The notes under the pieces were generated by a model, which had not been told where the DNA came from, did not search any database, and saw nothing but the letters and a program-made list of their open reading frames with translations. DNA of 64,000 nt from the human T2T-CHM13v2.0 reference genome, Homo sapiens: assembly GCF_009914755.1 (NCBI RefSeq), contig NC_060936.1. One strand, written 5' to 3'. The translations under genes and the position numbers were made by a program. Positions 14,741 through 33,785 of the stretch are shown piece by piece; the first letter of the stretch is position 1; every line of letters starts with the position of its first letter.

Positions 14741-17700
14741 TACACCACACTCTGAAAAAAAAAACCCAGTTCTATTTGATTAACTATGAATAGCAAAGTT
14801 TTGTGACTTGTGACTCACTTAAATCACCCATCTGAAATTCATTTACAAGGTTTTTACATTAATAAAACAGTAGTGTGGTACATGTATTGGACTCAGATGA
14901 AGTCTAAAGTACACTGGACTCTAGAGAGTGGATTACATACCAACGACCAAGATTCAAGTGTTTGGGGAAAAAAATACCTTAGACAGTCTATGTTGGCGTC
15001 AACACTAAAATAAAAGGCAAACATGCAGGACTTTCAAAGCTTGATTAGATAATGGTTCTTTGTTTTCTTTCCTTCAAATTTGTGCTCATAATTAATATTC
15101 AGGTTCCCTCTCCCCGCTTTCATAGATCCCAAAGTTTGAGAAATGCAGCAATTCAATTGTGAAAAAAACATTCTTCTCCCCAGCTTCTGTTTTCATATGT
15201 ACTGTGTAGTGGTATCAGTGTTAAAAATGGAAGATCATTATGAAGAAACAATTTGTCATTTGGGTATATCTGTTTCTATAGGACAAGGATTTGTGTCTAA
15301 ATATTCCTTACTTGTATCTCAGAGGACTATCTGTTAAATAATTGATCTTAATGCCAGCATAAGAAATCAAGGGAACTATTTCTCAGACATTTCTTTCTCT
15401 AAATTAAGTAGGGTTTCAGGTTCCAAGTTTACATTGAGAGAACTATGTTACCTGGGAGAGAATGTAAATTTTTCTAATTCCCAAACAAAACCACTAATTT
15501 CTAGGAAACATTTATTGTTTATATGCAGATCCTAGAGACTTCTATTTCAGTGCGGATCAACAACTTCAAAAATATACAGCCTCCTATTTATTTACAATAA
15601 TATTTACATACAAATGAAGTATTTCCTGCAATAAGCCTCAGCTGCATAGATTCTTCCTTTAAAAACGTAAATTTGAGCCTGTATACAGATGGGCCCAGTT
15701 TCATAGCCCTTCCTTAGATAAAAGCCTAAAGAAGGAAAATGTCTGCACCTTGTGAACTTTACATATTTTGCAAGAACTTTCTCTTTGAGATTTAGTGATA
15801 GTTTTTAGTTGTTAGACACCCCACCTTCAGCTTGTACCTGAAAGCTTTATCTCGTTATAAATAATTCACTGTAATTTAGGGGAATTATGTCCTGTTGCTA
15901 AAGGATTCTCAAACCTGCCATCCCCAAGGAAAATCATGTATTAGTATTGCTAAATGATGGTCTGTATATTCTTTGTTTTGAAGGTGGCTAGATGTTTGCT
16001 GTAAACTTGAATGGGAGAATTATATTCTTAAAGTTTACACCCCCTATAAGCCTAAAGCCATTTAAATTGATAAACTGAGAGAGACTAATAGATTTTGCTC
16101 TAAGGTATAAAATCCATTATCTGATCATATTCCTGACCTCCCCCCGACTCCAACTAAATGTGCCATAGTCCAACACTGTGCCTCACTGAATTGGAACTCA
16201 GTATTTCATTCTTTTGAGAGCAGTTTGTAGCTCCTTAAGCAGAGCAGACCTTTCAGTAGAGAATTCGCTTTAAAAGGAGGACAGGATTATCACCACACGA
16301 TTAACACAAACACTGGAGAACTTCTGACACAAATTCAGTATTTCTTCTAAGTCTGCATTTACAAAGGGTCTTTTATTTTAATTTCTTTCACAACTGCCTC
16401 GCCCCAACCAAAGCCTCACTTTCATTTCCTCACAGCTTTAAAAAATAAAATATTATCATGCCTCAGCCCGAGGTAACACCGAGTGCAGGCAGCCTGTGTT
16501 TAGGAATTTGCACCCGCGCTGCTATTTTCAACGAGAAGGGGATAACCAGGTGGCAGCGCTGGATTCACTCACTTTCTTGCCATTGCAGAGACCCCTGCCG
16601 CCAGGCTCCTTTCCTCCCCTCCCTAAAGCCTGGCTCCTGTATGTTGCACCATGAGTCCTAGGAATCATCTGGTGAGGGAGGACTAATGGGAAGTAAAAGG
16701 GAGACTCATTGGCTTAGGGTGGTTCTCAAACTTGATGCGCTTTAGAATCATTTGCTGAGTCCCTCCCTGAGAGCTTCTGACTTCACCATGTCTGGGAGGG
16801 GGCTGAGAATCTGCATTCTAATGAGGTCCCCGATGATGCTGATGCTACTGGTCTAGGGGCCACACTTTGAGAACCACTGGCTTAGAGGCATGAATCAAGC
16901 TCTAGAAAGCAGTCAGTTCCAGGGTAATAGTCTTAGGTGCTCGCCGAAGCACTGAGGAATCTTACCACAACCCTGTGTCCACCACAAGCCCTATCACCAT
17001 CACCCATCTGGGTGCTTCTTTTTCTCAACAGGGTCTGTAACTGTAAAAAAGGAAAGTGGGTGGAGAGGTTTTTTTTTCCCCCTTTTTTCTTGTTTTCTAA
17101 CCTCCCAGCTTATTCCTGGAGAGTTAAAACACAGTTACTAGCACTAAAAACATTAAAAGTGCTGCGCGCTGGCCTCAATGACTGGTACATTGGAGAAGCT
17201 GTGCAGCAGCATCCTTTTCTGTGGTGGGCAGGGCAGGAGATGAACCATAGGAGCCAAAAGTCAGACAAACAGAAGAAGGCACACCAAGCCTGAACCCTCC
17301 GGACAACAGCAGAGTTACCAGCTGAGGGATGTCCCTGGAGGTTTCTGACCCATGAGAGGCCCCCTCACCCTCCTTCACCCTCCTCCTACCACCAAGCTCT
17401 CCGGCAGTCATGGACTTATTCCTCCCCGTTTTTACTGGACACCATGTTTCAGGCCAATCTGGTCACCTGTAGTCTGGTGGCATCTCTACCCCTACTGTCC
17501 AGTAGGTGGGATGTGGCTGGGATGGACAGTCCAGATTCTACTAACAGGCAACTCTGAACAAACACCCTCCCTGGAAACAATATTATATTTGATGGTTAGA
17601 TTCTTTAGCAAACCTATTACATTATTCGATGTCAGCTAACCTATTGGTTTGATCATCTTTTCCAGCTGCTCTAGGGGCCTAACCACCATGGATAACCTGG

Positions 17701-20565
17701 TCTCTAAAGGAAAATACATTCCAGGTTGCAAACAACCAACTGACAACCTTTTGGAATATGATCTCCTTATACACTGGGGCTGCCTGTGCCTAAACACAGT
17801 AGATTTCCCTCCTGTGCGTATTTCATCAGCCCCACTTCCAATAAGTAACATTAAGTAAATTAGGGATTGACAGTATTCTGTGTTACAATAACTAGAGAAC
17901 AGTTCTAAGTCCAAAGTGTGGAACTGGCACTGTTCACTAGTATAGAGATCCTACCTACCAAAGGAAAACGTGCTGCTCCCCATGCCTAGGGTATAGTATT
18001 CTTTAATCTACTAATTTAGCAGAAAAACTTCCATAGCACTTGACTGTGCTGTTTAAATTCGACCTAACATCTGTGATACATGTATTTTTGGCTACCAATT
18101 AACTATTCTGAATAAGAATAAGAGCAGTATACTTTACAGCTAATCTCACACAAAGGATGTAACTAATCAGTGATATTTGACGAATTATGGTAGGGTCTAT
18201 TATATTCAGTCAACAACAAATTTAGAGAAACATACAAAGGTTTTTAAAAATATGGGTGGTGTCACACAGATCAACAACACTGTGCCTCCTCTAAATAAAT
18301 CTATTTTAAATAAATATTCCTTGTATTGACACATGAAACCCAGAGGCCCAAAAATATCACTACACATCCCAGTTAATGATAAGGTTCTAAATTGACTTTG
18401 TGAGGGTAAAATGAATTGCTATAAAGTAACGAGGAAAATAGAAAGTAGCATAATATAGCTTGCAAACTAAATTATGTATTTTTAAAGGTACAGTCATCCC
18501 ACTACCTGGCTATTTCATTACTTGGTGCTCTAGACAAGCTCCCAAGAACTGACTGGATCTTGGCTTGTTCTGTTTCTGTCATTGCTAATATAATATGGAA
18601 AACATTGCTGAAAAGAACAGAGATGGCCATGGATATGGCTAGGTTAGGTATTCATATCCAAATATCTGAACTCTAACCTAATGTGGATATGATTCTGTAG
18701 CATTATATTAAAAGCTATGATGATGCAATGCAGGAAATAACCTTTCATTCTCCCCCCTAGAGGATCACGACAGGTGCTTCAATGCCTGCCTTATCTATGG
18801 GACAGTAGTGTGATTCTCAGTGAGAGTGAAGGCCTTTGGGGATTTGAGTCAGGAAGGGAACATGGCTAAGTGCCTGGAAACTCTGCCAACAGTCTGCGGT
18901 TAGATTCTACTTGTCTCTGGATAAGAAATCTGTGCTCAGTGAACTTATGTGTTTGGAAAATTTAACCAGAATATAGAGGAAGCATAAGTCCTGTTTCAAG
19001 AGACCAGCTCACGGAGCATGCACATTTCTCACCATAGGCAAGCTATGGACAATTCAATCACATGGGATGGCCCCACTTAGGGGAATGCAGTTCTGGGTTT
19101 CCTTGCTATCCCTATTCTTTTTCAGCTACAAACTCTCTTCTTTTTCAGTCTCTTCAGTTTCCTTGTGCTCCCTTTAGGAGAGGGACAAGGGTAAGAGTAC
19201 CAGGCAACTCTGTCCTCCTGCATGGACAGTTGAGACGGGCAGTAATGGCACAGTCCTTGGTTGGGGAAGAGAAGAGGAGACAGCACAGACACTGAGACCC
19301 CCTTGTCTTCCTCATCTGGGGGAAGGAAGGTACTCAGTGATTCTGTCAGAAGCTCTTCACAAAGACTATCTCTGAGGGTTTTTTTGTTTTTTTTTTCACA
19401 AGACTAGATGGAGAATTAATGAAGAAGAAATAGAAATGAGGCTTATTTAAGGTACAAAATTCTTGTATTTGTAATAACCTAGATTTATAGATATAAAACA
19501 AGTCTTTTAAAGACTTCCCTAAAATACTCAATATAAAACAGGAGTTACTTATCCTAGATCATCCTTAGTTAGGTACACATGATTCTCTGTGCAACTAGCT
19601 GGTGGACATGAATAAAAGCTGCTGGGCCTATAATGTACTAAAACATTTTTCTCCCTTCAGCAAGACAGGTAGGGTTGAAGGCTAAATGCATCAGAGGAGT
19701 ATTTTCTTAGGCATTTTGGACAATCTTTTTGCAGTAGGTTCCATAGGTTTTCCCCAGCGAAAGTTGACTCAGACCAGAGTAACTCTGACACAAGTTGCCA
19801 AGAGGGAAAAAATACTTCATTTGCTAGATTACCCAAATGTGTAGCTTCATTTAATTACCAAGGTAAGAATCATCCCCAACCACTTTTCAGCTGAGAACAC
19901 TTGCCAGAGAATGTCTCTGGATGGGAATAGATGTGGTACCAGCTAGGCCACTGGACTACCCGAGTTCAGCTGCCAGGAAATCAGAGCCACCTCAAATATT
20001 GGGCATGCTCTGATTCAGCAGTGGCAGTGCCCTATAACTTTCAGATGATTATCTCCATGTGCTATGTTAACCAAAATAGGCAAATTATTTACGAAACCAT
20101 TTTTTTCTGTAAAGCAAAATAAATATATACAATTCAAGATTCTTTTCTCTTCTAAAAAGGTACAGATAGTGTGAGCTGAACATCAGTAGGAAAATTATTT
20201 CAGAATCTGGATGTATAATAAATAAACATTATTGTATATCATGTTTTCAAAGTTCTAAGAGACCGGGAAGCCACAAAACATAGAGTTAGATGGGTAAAAA
20301 ATGATTGTGAAAAGTACTGGGAAATATGATTGTATGAAATTTGAAAAAAAAAATTCACAATCCCTAAATTGATCTCAAATCTTGGAGGGACATGAAGCAT
20401 TATAGAACCATGTCTCTGTTTTGCAACCAAAAAGTTATTCCATTTTAAGTATCCTGTACATTTCTGTTTGCTTCTGTAAACTTGCAAAAGAAGTGGTGAG
20501 AGATTGCTGATGTGTGGGGACTTGACTGAGCAGACAACAGGGATGTTTCTTTTTCTCGGCGGGTT
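14660..20565 (-). other. SLC38A1: SLC38A1 long 3'UTR (~5.9 kb)
   Basis: repeat-poor unique sequence between the stop codon and a poly(A) signal with a GU-rich downstream element; end position inferred. Confidence 0.8.
16718..16879. mobile_element. MER5A (hAT-Charlie MITE) inside the SLC38A1 3'UTR
   Basis: terminal inverted repeats gtggttctcaaa / tttgagaaccac; gcttag flanking both ends. Confidence 0.88.
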
Positions 20566-20667
20566 TCAGTGGCCTTCGTCACTACTCGATGAGCAGGCCC
20601 AGTCATAGATGACCAAGGGAATGCTGACCAAGGAGAACAACACCCCCAGGCCCAAGAAAAGGGCAGC
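20566..20667 (-). CDS. SLC38A1: SLC38A1 terminal coding exon: AALFLGLGVLFSLVSIPLVIYDWACSSSSDEGH* (last TM helix and tail)
   Basis: pyrimidine tract plus cag at 20668-20670; TGA at 20566-20568. Confidence 0.98.
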   Translation of the reverse strand, partial: AALFLGLGVLFSLVSIPLVIYDWACSSSSDEGH

Positions 20668-21206
20668 CTGGAGCAAGAGAAAGGCAAGGGTTATTTTCAG
20701 TGCAGCAAAATTTTTCCACATGTACCTGGGGAAAAAAAATAGAACAGTTTTTCCTCTCCCTTTGTGTCCTCTGGTATTCAGAGTTTGTCACAACCATGGC
20801 TGAACTGTGAGAATCTTTCTAAAATTTTATGAATCTGATTCTGCAAGGATGGGAAAATAGGAAAAAAAAAAAACTAGCTAAGCAGAGTAGTCCTCTATGT
20901 CCCATTCTTTGACTTCATGGTCACCTCAAGTGTATGTATCCATTCTACAAATAACTGGGTATCCTTATGGCTTCTCTCAAACTAAGATTACAACCAAGGG
21001 GGAATAAAGGCCTTAGAAAATATCCAGGTCATTTTGTTATTCATTACCTACCAACTTAGCTTATCACTGGCAAGCAAACATTTCTGTTTGAAAAAGTGGA
21101 AAAAAAACATACAAAAGCAAAATAGATTTGATTAAGTGAAATAGGAAACAGGTGTCAAAAACTAAGTTACCTGAAGGGCTGATGAAGGCCATAGGTGGAC
21201 AGATGA

Positions 21207-21537
21207 TGATATGGTTTGGCTGTGTCCCTACCCAAATCTCATCTTGAATTTTAGCTCCCATAATTCCCACGTGTCATGGGAGTTACCTGGTAGGAGGTAA
21301 TTGAATCCTGGGGGCGGGTCTTTCCCATGCTGTGCTTGTGATAGTGAATAAATCTCATGAGATCTGGTGGTTTTATAAAGGGGAGTTACCCTGCACATGC
21401 GCTCTGCCTGCCACCATGTAAGACGTGACTTTGCTCCTTGTTTGCCCTCCGCTATGATTGTGAGGCCTCCCCAGTCATGTGGAATTGTGAGTCAATTAAA
21501 CCTCTTTCCTTTATAAATTACCCTGTCTCAGGTATTT
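21207..21537 (+). mobile_element. THE1 (THE1B-like) MaLR solo LTR, 5' ~331 bp, split by an L1
   Basis: tgatatggtttggctgtgtcc start; continues at 27699. Confidence 0.93.
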
Positions 21538-27687
<6,150 letters not shown>

Positions 27688-27698
27688 CTCAGGTATTT

Positions 27699-27730
27699 CT
27701 TTATTAGCAGTGTGAGAACAGACTAATACA
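27699..27730 (+). mobile_element. THE1 LTR 3' remnant (32 bp)
   Basis: ctttattagcagtgtgagaacagactaataca; LTR TSD gatga (21202-21206) versus gatta (27731-27735). Confidence 0.92.
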
Positions 27731-27872
27731 GATTACTAAATCCAGAATCCAGAGAACACAAGATTATAAGTTCCTTGCGCTTGAGCATGTTCAGTGAGAG
27801 CGCTGCAGGGAGAAGGATGATGCATTCTGAGAGCCAACAGGGCTGGACTGGAAACTGGAGGAAGAGAAAGAG
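27723..27872 (-). CDS. SLC38A1: Alternative terminal exon of SLC38A1: LFLFLQFPVQPCWLSECIILLPAALSLNMLKRKELIILCSLDSGFSNLY* (454+49 = 503 aa product)
   Basis: pyrimidine tract plus tag acceptor, phase-0 compatible with exon 14, 49 open codons, TAG at 27723-27725, AATAAA at 27700-27705; length agrees with my recollection of an annotated 503-aa isoform (not verified). Confidence 0.7.
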   Translation of the reverse strand, partial: LFLFLQFPVQPCWLSECIILLPAALSLNMLKRKELIILCSLDSGFSNLY

Positions 27873-28803
27873 CTAAGGAAGGAGAGGAGCAAATTGGGGG
27901 TTGACATGGCTGCACATGGCATACCATCCTGGGTCCAGTCTAACTCCCAGTGGTCCTTACACAGATGGAACCCTTGTCTAATGCCATTTGGAAGACCCTA
28001 CTACTAGTTTCATTATGGGACCAGGGTTGGAGAGGCTCAGAATTCATGGGCAGCAGGCCTCCACCATTTTCAGATTTAATCTGAATATATTGTCCTGTTG
28101 TGCCAGAGTGACTGTTTCTTCCTCTCTGTCCTCATTAAGCCCCTACAGATAAGGCTTGGAAGGATTTGGGAATTAAGGCTTCAGGGGTGATCATGTTGGG
28201 GAACTGGATGCTCTACTAGCATCAGTGCTGCTTTTCCTAAATGCACAGAGATGACCCTCCTGCCTACACCTCTCATCTGGATCTGTTGACTCAGGTAACA
28301 GGTACAATTGCAGTGCTTACACTAGCTGGGAGGGCAGCTGAGAAGCCTTCTCCAAGACCAAGCAAAATGGAGCTCCAGAAGGGACTCAGGTAGCAGCCAC
28401 TTCACCCCTGCTTCCCTCACTGTCTCCAAGTGCACCACGTTCAAGATGCCCTTGAACTTCACCAGACCTGGAAACAAGAATCCCAATATAGAAAGGTAGT
28501 TTTTGAATCCAGGTCTGTTGTTCCAAAGCATATCTGTCAAATAATAAAAAAGACTATTTAAGCTAACTCAGACATTTTAATTAAGGCATTGCATGTTCCC
28601 TGGGCTGTAGGGAGGAGTTACATGACTAGAAATCATATGGAAACAGTGGACTGCATAACATCTGTGAGTCCCTCGTCACTTCCTCTCTTGCTGAAGACTA
28701 GACACTGTCCTATAGAGACACAGGAGGATGAATGTCCATTCTTCTGACTGGCCATGCCCTGGATCAGAACAAAAGCTGAGGCACAATAACAGTAAAACCA
28801 GAG

Positions 28804-29111
28804 GGCCGGGCGCGATGGCTCATGCCTGTAATCCCAGCACTGTGGGAGGCCGAGGCAGACGGATCATGAGGTCAGGAGATACAGACCATCCTGGCTAACA
28901 TGGTGAAACCCCGTCTCTACTAAAAATACAAAAAAGAAAAAAGAAAAAAGAAAAAAAATTAGCCAGGCATGGTGGCGGGCGCCTGTAGTCCCAGCTACTC
29001 TCTGAGGCAGAAGAATGGCATGAACCCGGGAGGCGGAGCTTACAGTGAGCTGAGATCTGGCCACTGCACTCCAGCCTGGGCGACAGAGTGAGACTCCATC
29101 TCAAAAAAAAA
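28804..29111 (+). mobile_element. AluY/Sc-type with an expanded middle A-linker
   Basis: accatcctggctaac and gaatggcatgaaccc diagnostics; TSD agtaaaaccaga at 28791-28802 and 29113-29124. Confidence 0.93.
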
Positions 29112-29315
29112 GAGTAAAACCAGAAAAGATATTTGGAGGGATGGGAGAAGATTCTGATATGATATTTTAAATATCTCCCAAGTAGCAAAGCTACAGGGCT
29201 TCTGCCTCCTTTCAAGGCAACTGAAAGTAGTCTTGATAGAGAGGTGGACTATTTATTTTGTAAATTTAAATGGAAAACTAATCAGAAAAGTTAGAGTGGC
29301 TGGCAAGAGACATAC

Positions 29316-29413
29316 CCAAATTCTTTGAGTTCCTTTATCTCCATCCTGGTCTGTGATTTTTAAATAAAGAGATGAAGGAAGAATGAAAATAAGCATGTTA
29401 GCAGATGTAACTC
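29316..29413 (-). CDS. SLC38A1: SLC38A1 coding exon 14 (98 nt): VTSANMLIFILPSSLYLKITDQDGDKGTQRIW
   Basis: cag/gtatgt boundaries; ends in phase 0; visible in ORF 29253..29609. Confidence 0.98.
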
Positions 29414-29514
29414 CTGTAAAATAAGACAAAAGAGAAAGTTTAGCATTGCTATTGTGAAAATTTCCCTGCAAACAGCTACTGTAGAATGACAAGCACAAAG
29501 TCATGAAGCCATAC

Positions 29515-29656
29515 CTACGACTCCAAAAATATCCTTCATGGAGGGTATGAAGATCACCAACAAGTTGATAACAACCAAGAGTATGCAGGTAACCACGGTA
29601 TGACGACATAAATTAAACTTTGTTTTCTTAGCCAGTTCAAATAAAGATGAACGAAC
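29515..29656 (-). CDS. SLC38A1: SLC38A1 coding exon 13 (142 nt): VRSSLFELAKKTKFNLCRHTVVTCILLVVINLLVIFIPSMKDIFGVV(G)
   Basis: cag/gtatgg boundaries; visible in ORF 29501..29917. Confidence 0.98.
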
Positions 29657-30220
29657 CTGCAAGAAAAGAAAACAAAGATTCTGTAAGTGCCTACAGCATG
29701 CCAACATTGACATTTCTCCGCAGAGTAACTGATTTATTGGTGCACAGGAATTCATGAAATGTTTTGTAATGCCTAGTGAATTTATAGATAGCTTAACAGT
29801 TTTGGAAGTACGGGGGCTTGACTTAAGAGGGAAAGTATTTTTATTTATGAGTAGTAGAGTTTTCTTGTTGGGGGGTGTAATTTCTGTCTTTGGTTTATCT
29901 AAGACTTGAATGTTCATTTCTGTTCTTTTTATATTCTCTCTTCATGTCTACTGAGATTTGAACATTCTATTGTCATTTCTTTGGAAAGAACAGGGTCAGA
30001 TTAATTAGAATGGAGATTCACTGCATCAGAGGCTCCCTGACGCACTGAATGCCACTTGCTTTTCAAAGAGCCTGAACCGAGTCTTGGGATCTTTCCCAGA
30101 TGCAGATTCAATAACCCAGGAAAGTTACCTGGGGCAGGCTTTCTCTGCAACGGGCTCCTGCAGGCAGAAGGAAAGCCGAGACCTCAGCTTTTCTCATATT
30201 GCACAGAGGCCCTTACTCAC

Positions 30221-30339
30221 CGTGAAAAATAACACCGGCACTGTGAGGATCACAGCAACAATGACAGCCAGCCGCACTGTCAGGATGAGAATGTCATCTT
30301 TACTCTGATATTTGTGAAGGAGGTCGGACTGCACGTTGT
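30221..30339 (-). CDS. SLC38A1: SLC38A1 coding exon 12 (119 nt): NVQSDLLHKYQSKDDILILTVRLAVIVAVILTVPVLFFT
   Basis: tag/gtgagt boundaries; visible in ORF 30194..30535. Confidence 0.98.
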
Positions 30340-30901
30340 CTAAAATGAGGGAAAAGCAAGAGGGTTTTAAAAGGAGACAAAGTATATAGCTGAATGACAG
30401 TTTTTCTGAAAAACAAAGAATCTGTAAACTAAAGGGCAAGAAAAGCAATGTTTCGAAATGTCTATTAAAACAATCAGGTTGGAAAGAAAAATCTCTATGT
30501 AAGACATGCTCCACTGTGCATACGCGACTTAGCAAAGAAATTTAAAGTAATCACTGGAAGAAGCTACATGGAGTGGGAATGCTTAATTTAGACTAAATTA
30601 AACCTAGGAGTACACTGGGCTCGAGAATGAAACATACAGTTGAAACGCGAAGCTGCTCTTAATCTAGACTTTCCCTCCACTCTTCAAACCACACCAAACT
30701 GCCACAGGCTTGCTCAGGGAGGGGGTGGGGTGGGGAGAGCTACAAGCCACCTTGGAGCTTGTTTCAAACTCTTCTCTTGTTAAGTCAACTTCAAGTGGCC
30801 AAGCAGCAGAGACACTAGTTGAAATTTCACCATCAGGAAATAATTCCACTCTTTCATGTATGTTGTTCTTGTAAAAAAAAAAAAATTAGTTTATGTACTA
30901 C

Positions 30902-30903
<2 letters not shown>

Positions 30904-30933
<30 letters not shown>
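30904..30933. repeat. (TG)15 microsatellite occupying an Alu tail
   Basis: direct read. Confidence 0.95.
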
Positions 30934-31245
<312 letters not shown>

Positions 31246-31937
31246 TGAACTTTTTCTCAATCCAGAACTTCAGAAAGTGTTATTTCAAAGACTAACAAAG
31301 CTAGAATGGCAGTCACATAGAGTATGGAACTGCTCACTCTTTTGACAAGAGGTAATTTCCCCTCCTGTCTCCTGCAAGGGCCTCTCACTGCACCAGTCTC
31401 AAGGTCCTCAGCATGGAATTCAAATGCTAATCTGTACCATAGAGCTTAGCTTGGTCTCAGTTTCCAAAAAAGAACCATAAGTTATAATACCAATCTCACT
31501 AGTTCTAATTTCCTTAATTCAAAATAACTAACCACTTAAAAAATAGCTAATCCTTTTTCTTTAATCCAAGAGTAATAAAAGTGTTTGGTGTTCTATTCTA
31601 TGTGAAAAATAATGCATCTACAAAGAAAAATTATAGCTTCAACAAGACAACAGTGAGACTTCAACTAACATTAAGTTCTCCGCCTCTCTCTCCCTGTACA
31701 ACTCTGTATGCACCTTAGCAACACCATTTTTATGTAAAAATTAAATGTGGTATTTATGAATTCATTAGACAATGCCATTCTCTATTGCTAGTGAAAACAA
31801 TAATAATATCTGTATAATCAGAGTAGCCTTTTTCTCCAGGCTGAATTAATACTTTTTAAATGTGTTTAATTTTGAGACATTTGTGTTTATGAAAAAAAGT
31901 CCCAAAGAATTATTATTTAGTAGAGAAGATTGTGAAA

Positions 31938-32016
31938 TACATACATATATATATATATACACACACATATATATACACATATATATAGACACACATATAT
32001 ATACACATATATATAT
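31938..32016. repeat. Compound (TA)n/(CA)n microsatellite
   Basis: direct read. Confidence 0.9.
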
Positions 32017-32671
32017 TTAAATTAGGTCCCCAATTATAAAGATAATGAAAGATATTAAATCAAGCTTCAGGATAATTTGAATAGGAGAGGATGAAGAAGC
32101 AGTAAACGCCGGTAAACTGTTCATTCAGGGTCAGTAAAAGTTACATATGAAAACTTGTTCCCTTTTTCAGATTTCATTTTTTAAAATTTTCTATCATTCC
32201 TTTGGATCTTTGCAAGGCTTCGACTTCCAGTGAACAATTAGAAGTTTCATTTTTAATTAACTCAGAGTGTCATGAGTGTAGCACTCTGCTCTTTCTCACT
32301 TTCAGCATCTGTCTCTGTCTCTCCATTCTATTAATGGAATCTGACCCAATTTGCGGTGTCAATTAGGAAAGCCTTCTCTGATGTAGTTTTAAACCTTCCT
32401 CAGTAAAGGTAGCATGCTTCTAAAATGCAATTTCTATTAAGGACACTGTTAGGAGAAAAAAATTATAAATATTGTTTGAGTAATTATTTTATTCGGCAGT
32501 CTGCATGAACATGAAAAGATCACCATTGCTTTAAGTCGAAGAAAAAACTAGAAAAACCAATGGATAGCTTTGTTGCTTTCTTTGCCTTTCATGTTAAAAG
32601 TTATTTCAACACTAATTTTTACTAATTTGTTTACAAATATTTATATTTATGTACCAGTAGAAATTACTTAC

Positions 32672-32772
32672 CATAGAATGTCAAGTAGCCAAAAATGGCA
32701 GTCAAGAAGTACATAACAAACATGGCGAAAAAGGAGATGTTTGAAACCATCTGCATTTTTTTCTGTGATCGG
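32672..32772 (-). CDS. SLC38A1: SLC38A1 coding exon 11 (101 nt): RSQKKMQMVSNISFFAMFVMYFLTAIFGYLTFY(D)
   Basis: tag/gtaagt boundaries; FGYLTF motif. Confidence 0.97.
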
Positions 32773-33484
32773 CTAAAAACAAATAAATGTTAAAAATTAA
32801 AAATCATATGACTGAATTTAAGCACCAGTGTTAACATTGAAGAATACTAATTTAACTTTGCTTCTGTCAGGTTAGGGAAGATCTGAACAGCTGAAATTAC
32901 CCCTGGCAGTTATGCCAGTTGAAAATAACCTCTCTTATACTGAATTGGTATTGAGGGTGAGATCTGTGGAACTACACTCCCGTTAGCGTTCTTCCCCATT
33001 CTTTTAAAAGAATATCGAGTTCTCATCGGAAGGGCAGACAGCATTTTTTTAATATTTGTGCTTGATATTATCTCCACACTAGCTGGGCAAAGGAAAAAAG
33101 GCAGAAAAAAATCAATGCTGTTCTCCTAGCTCCAGAGATTAGTGGCAGAGCTGGAACTTGACCTCAGGTGTTCTGTCTCTAAAGCTGCTGTTTCAGGTTC
33201 TGATTTTCCCATTGGGTGGCCTCAGGGATGCACCTGGAAGTCTGTAGGTCTCCAGCGCAGCAAGTGCCCAAGAGATCACAGCTGGAATGATGAAGGGCTC
33301 CATCTCTCAGGTCAAGTTCACTCTGGGGTTGGGATGACCCTCTAAGTTTCTTTAACTGCCCAAACAATTAATCTGCAACACTTGTATTCAATAAATAACA
33401 GACCACAGATAGTCATAACATTTGGTTATGTCAAGGAATCTAGGATGCCATAGAAGTATGGAAAACAAGAAAAACGGAGAAGTA

Positions 33485-33785
<301 letters not shown>

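Noticed and set aside
27736-27927. 63-aa ORF in the supplied track overlapping the alternative exon
   Set aside because: Different frame from the one in phase with exon 14 at the main acceptors; no promoter evidence
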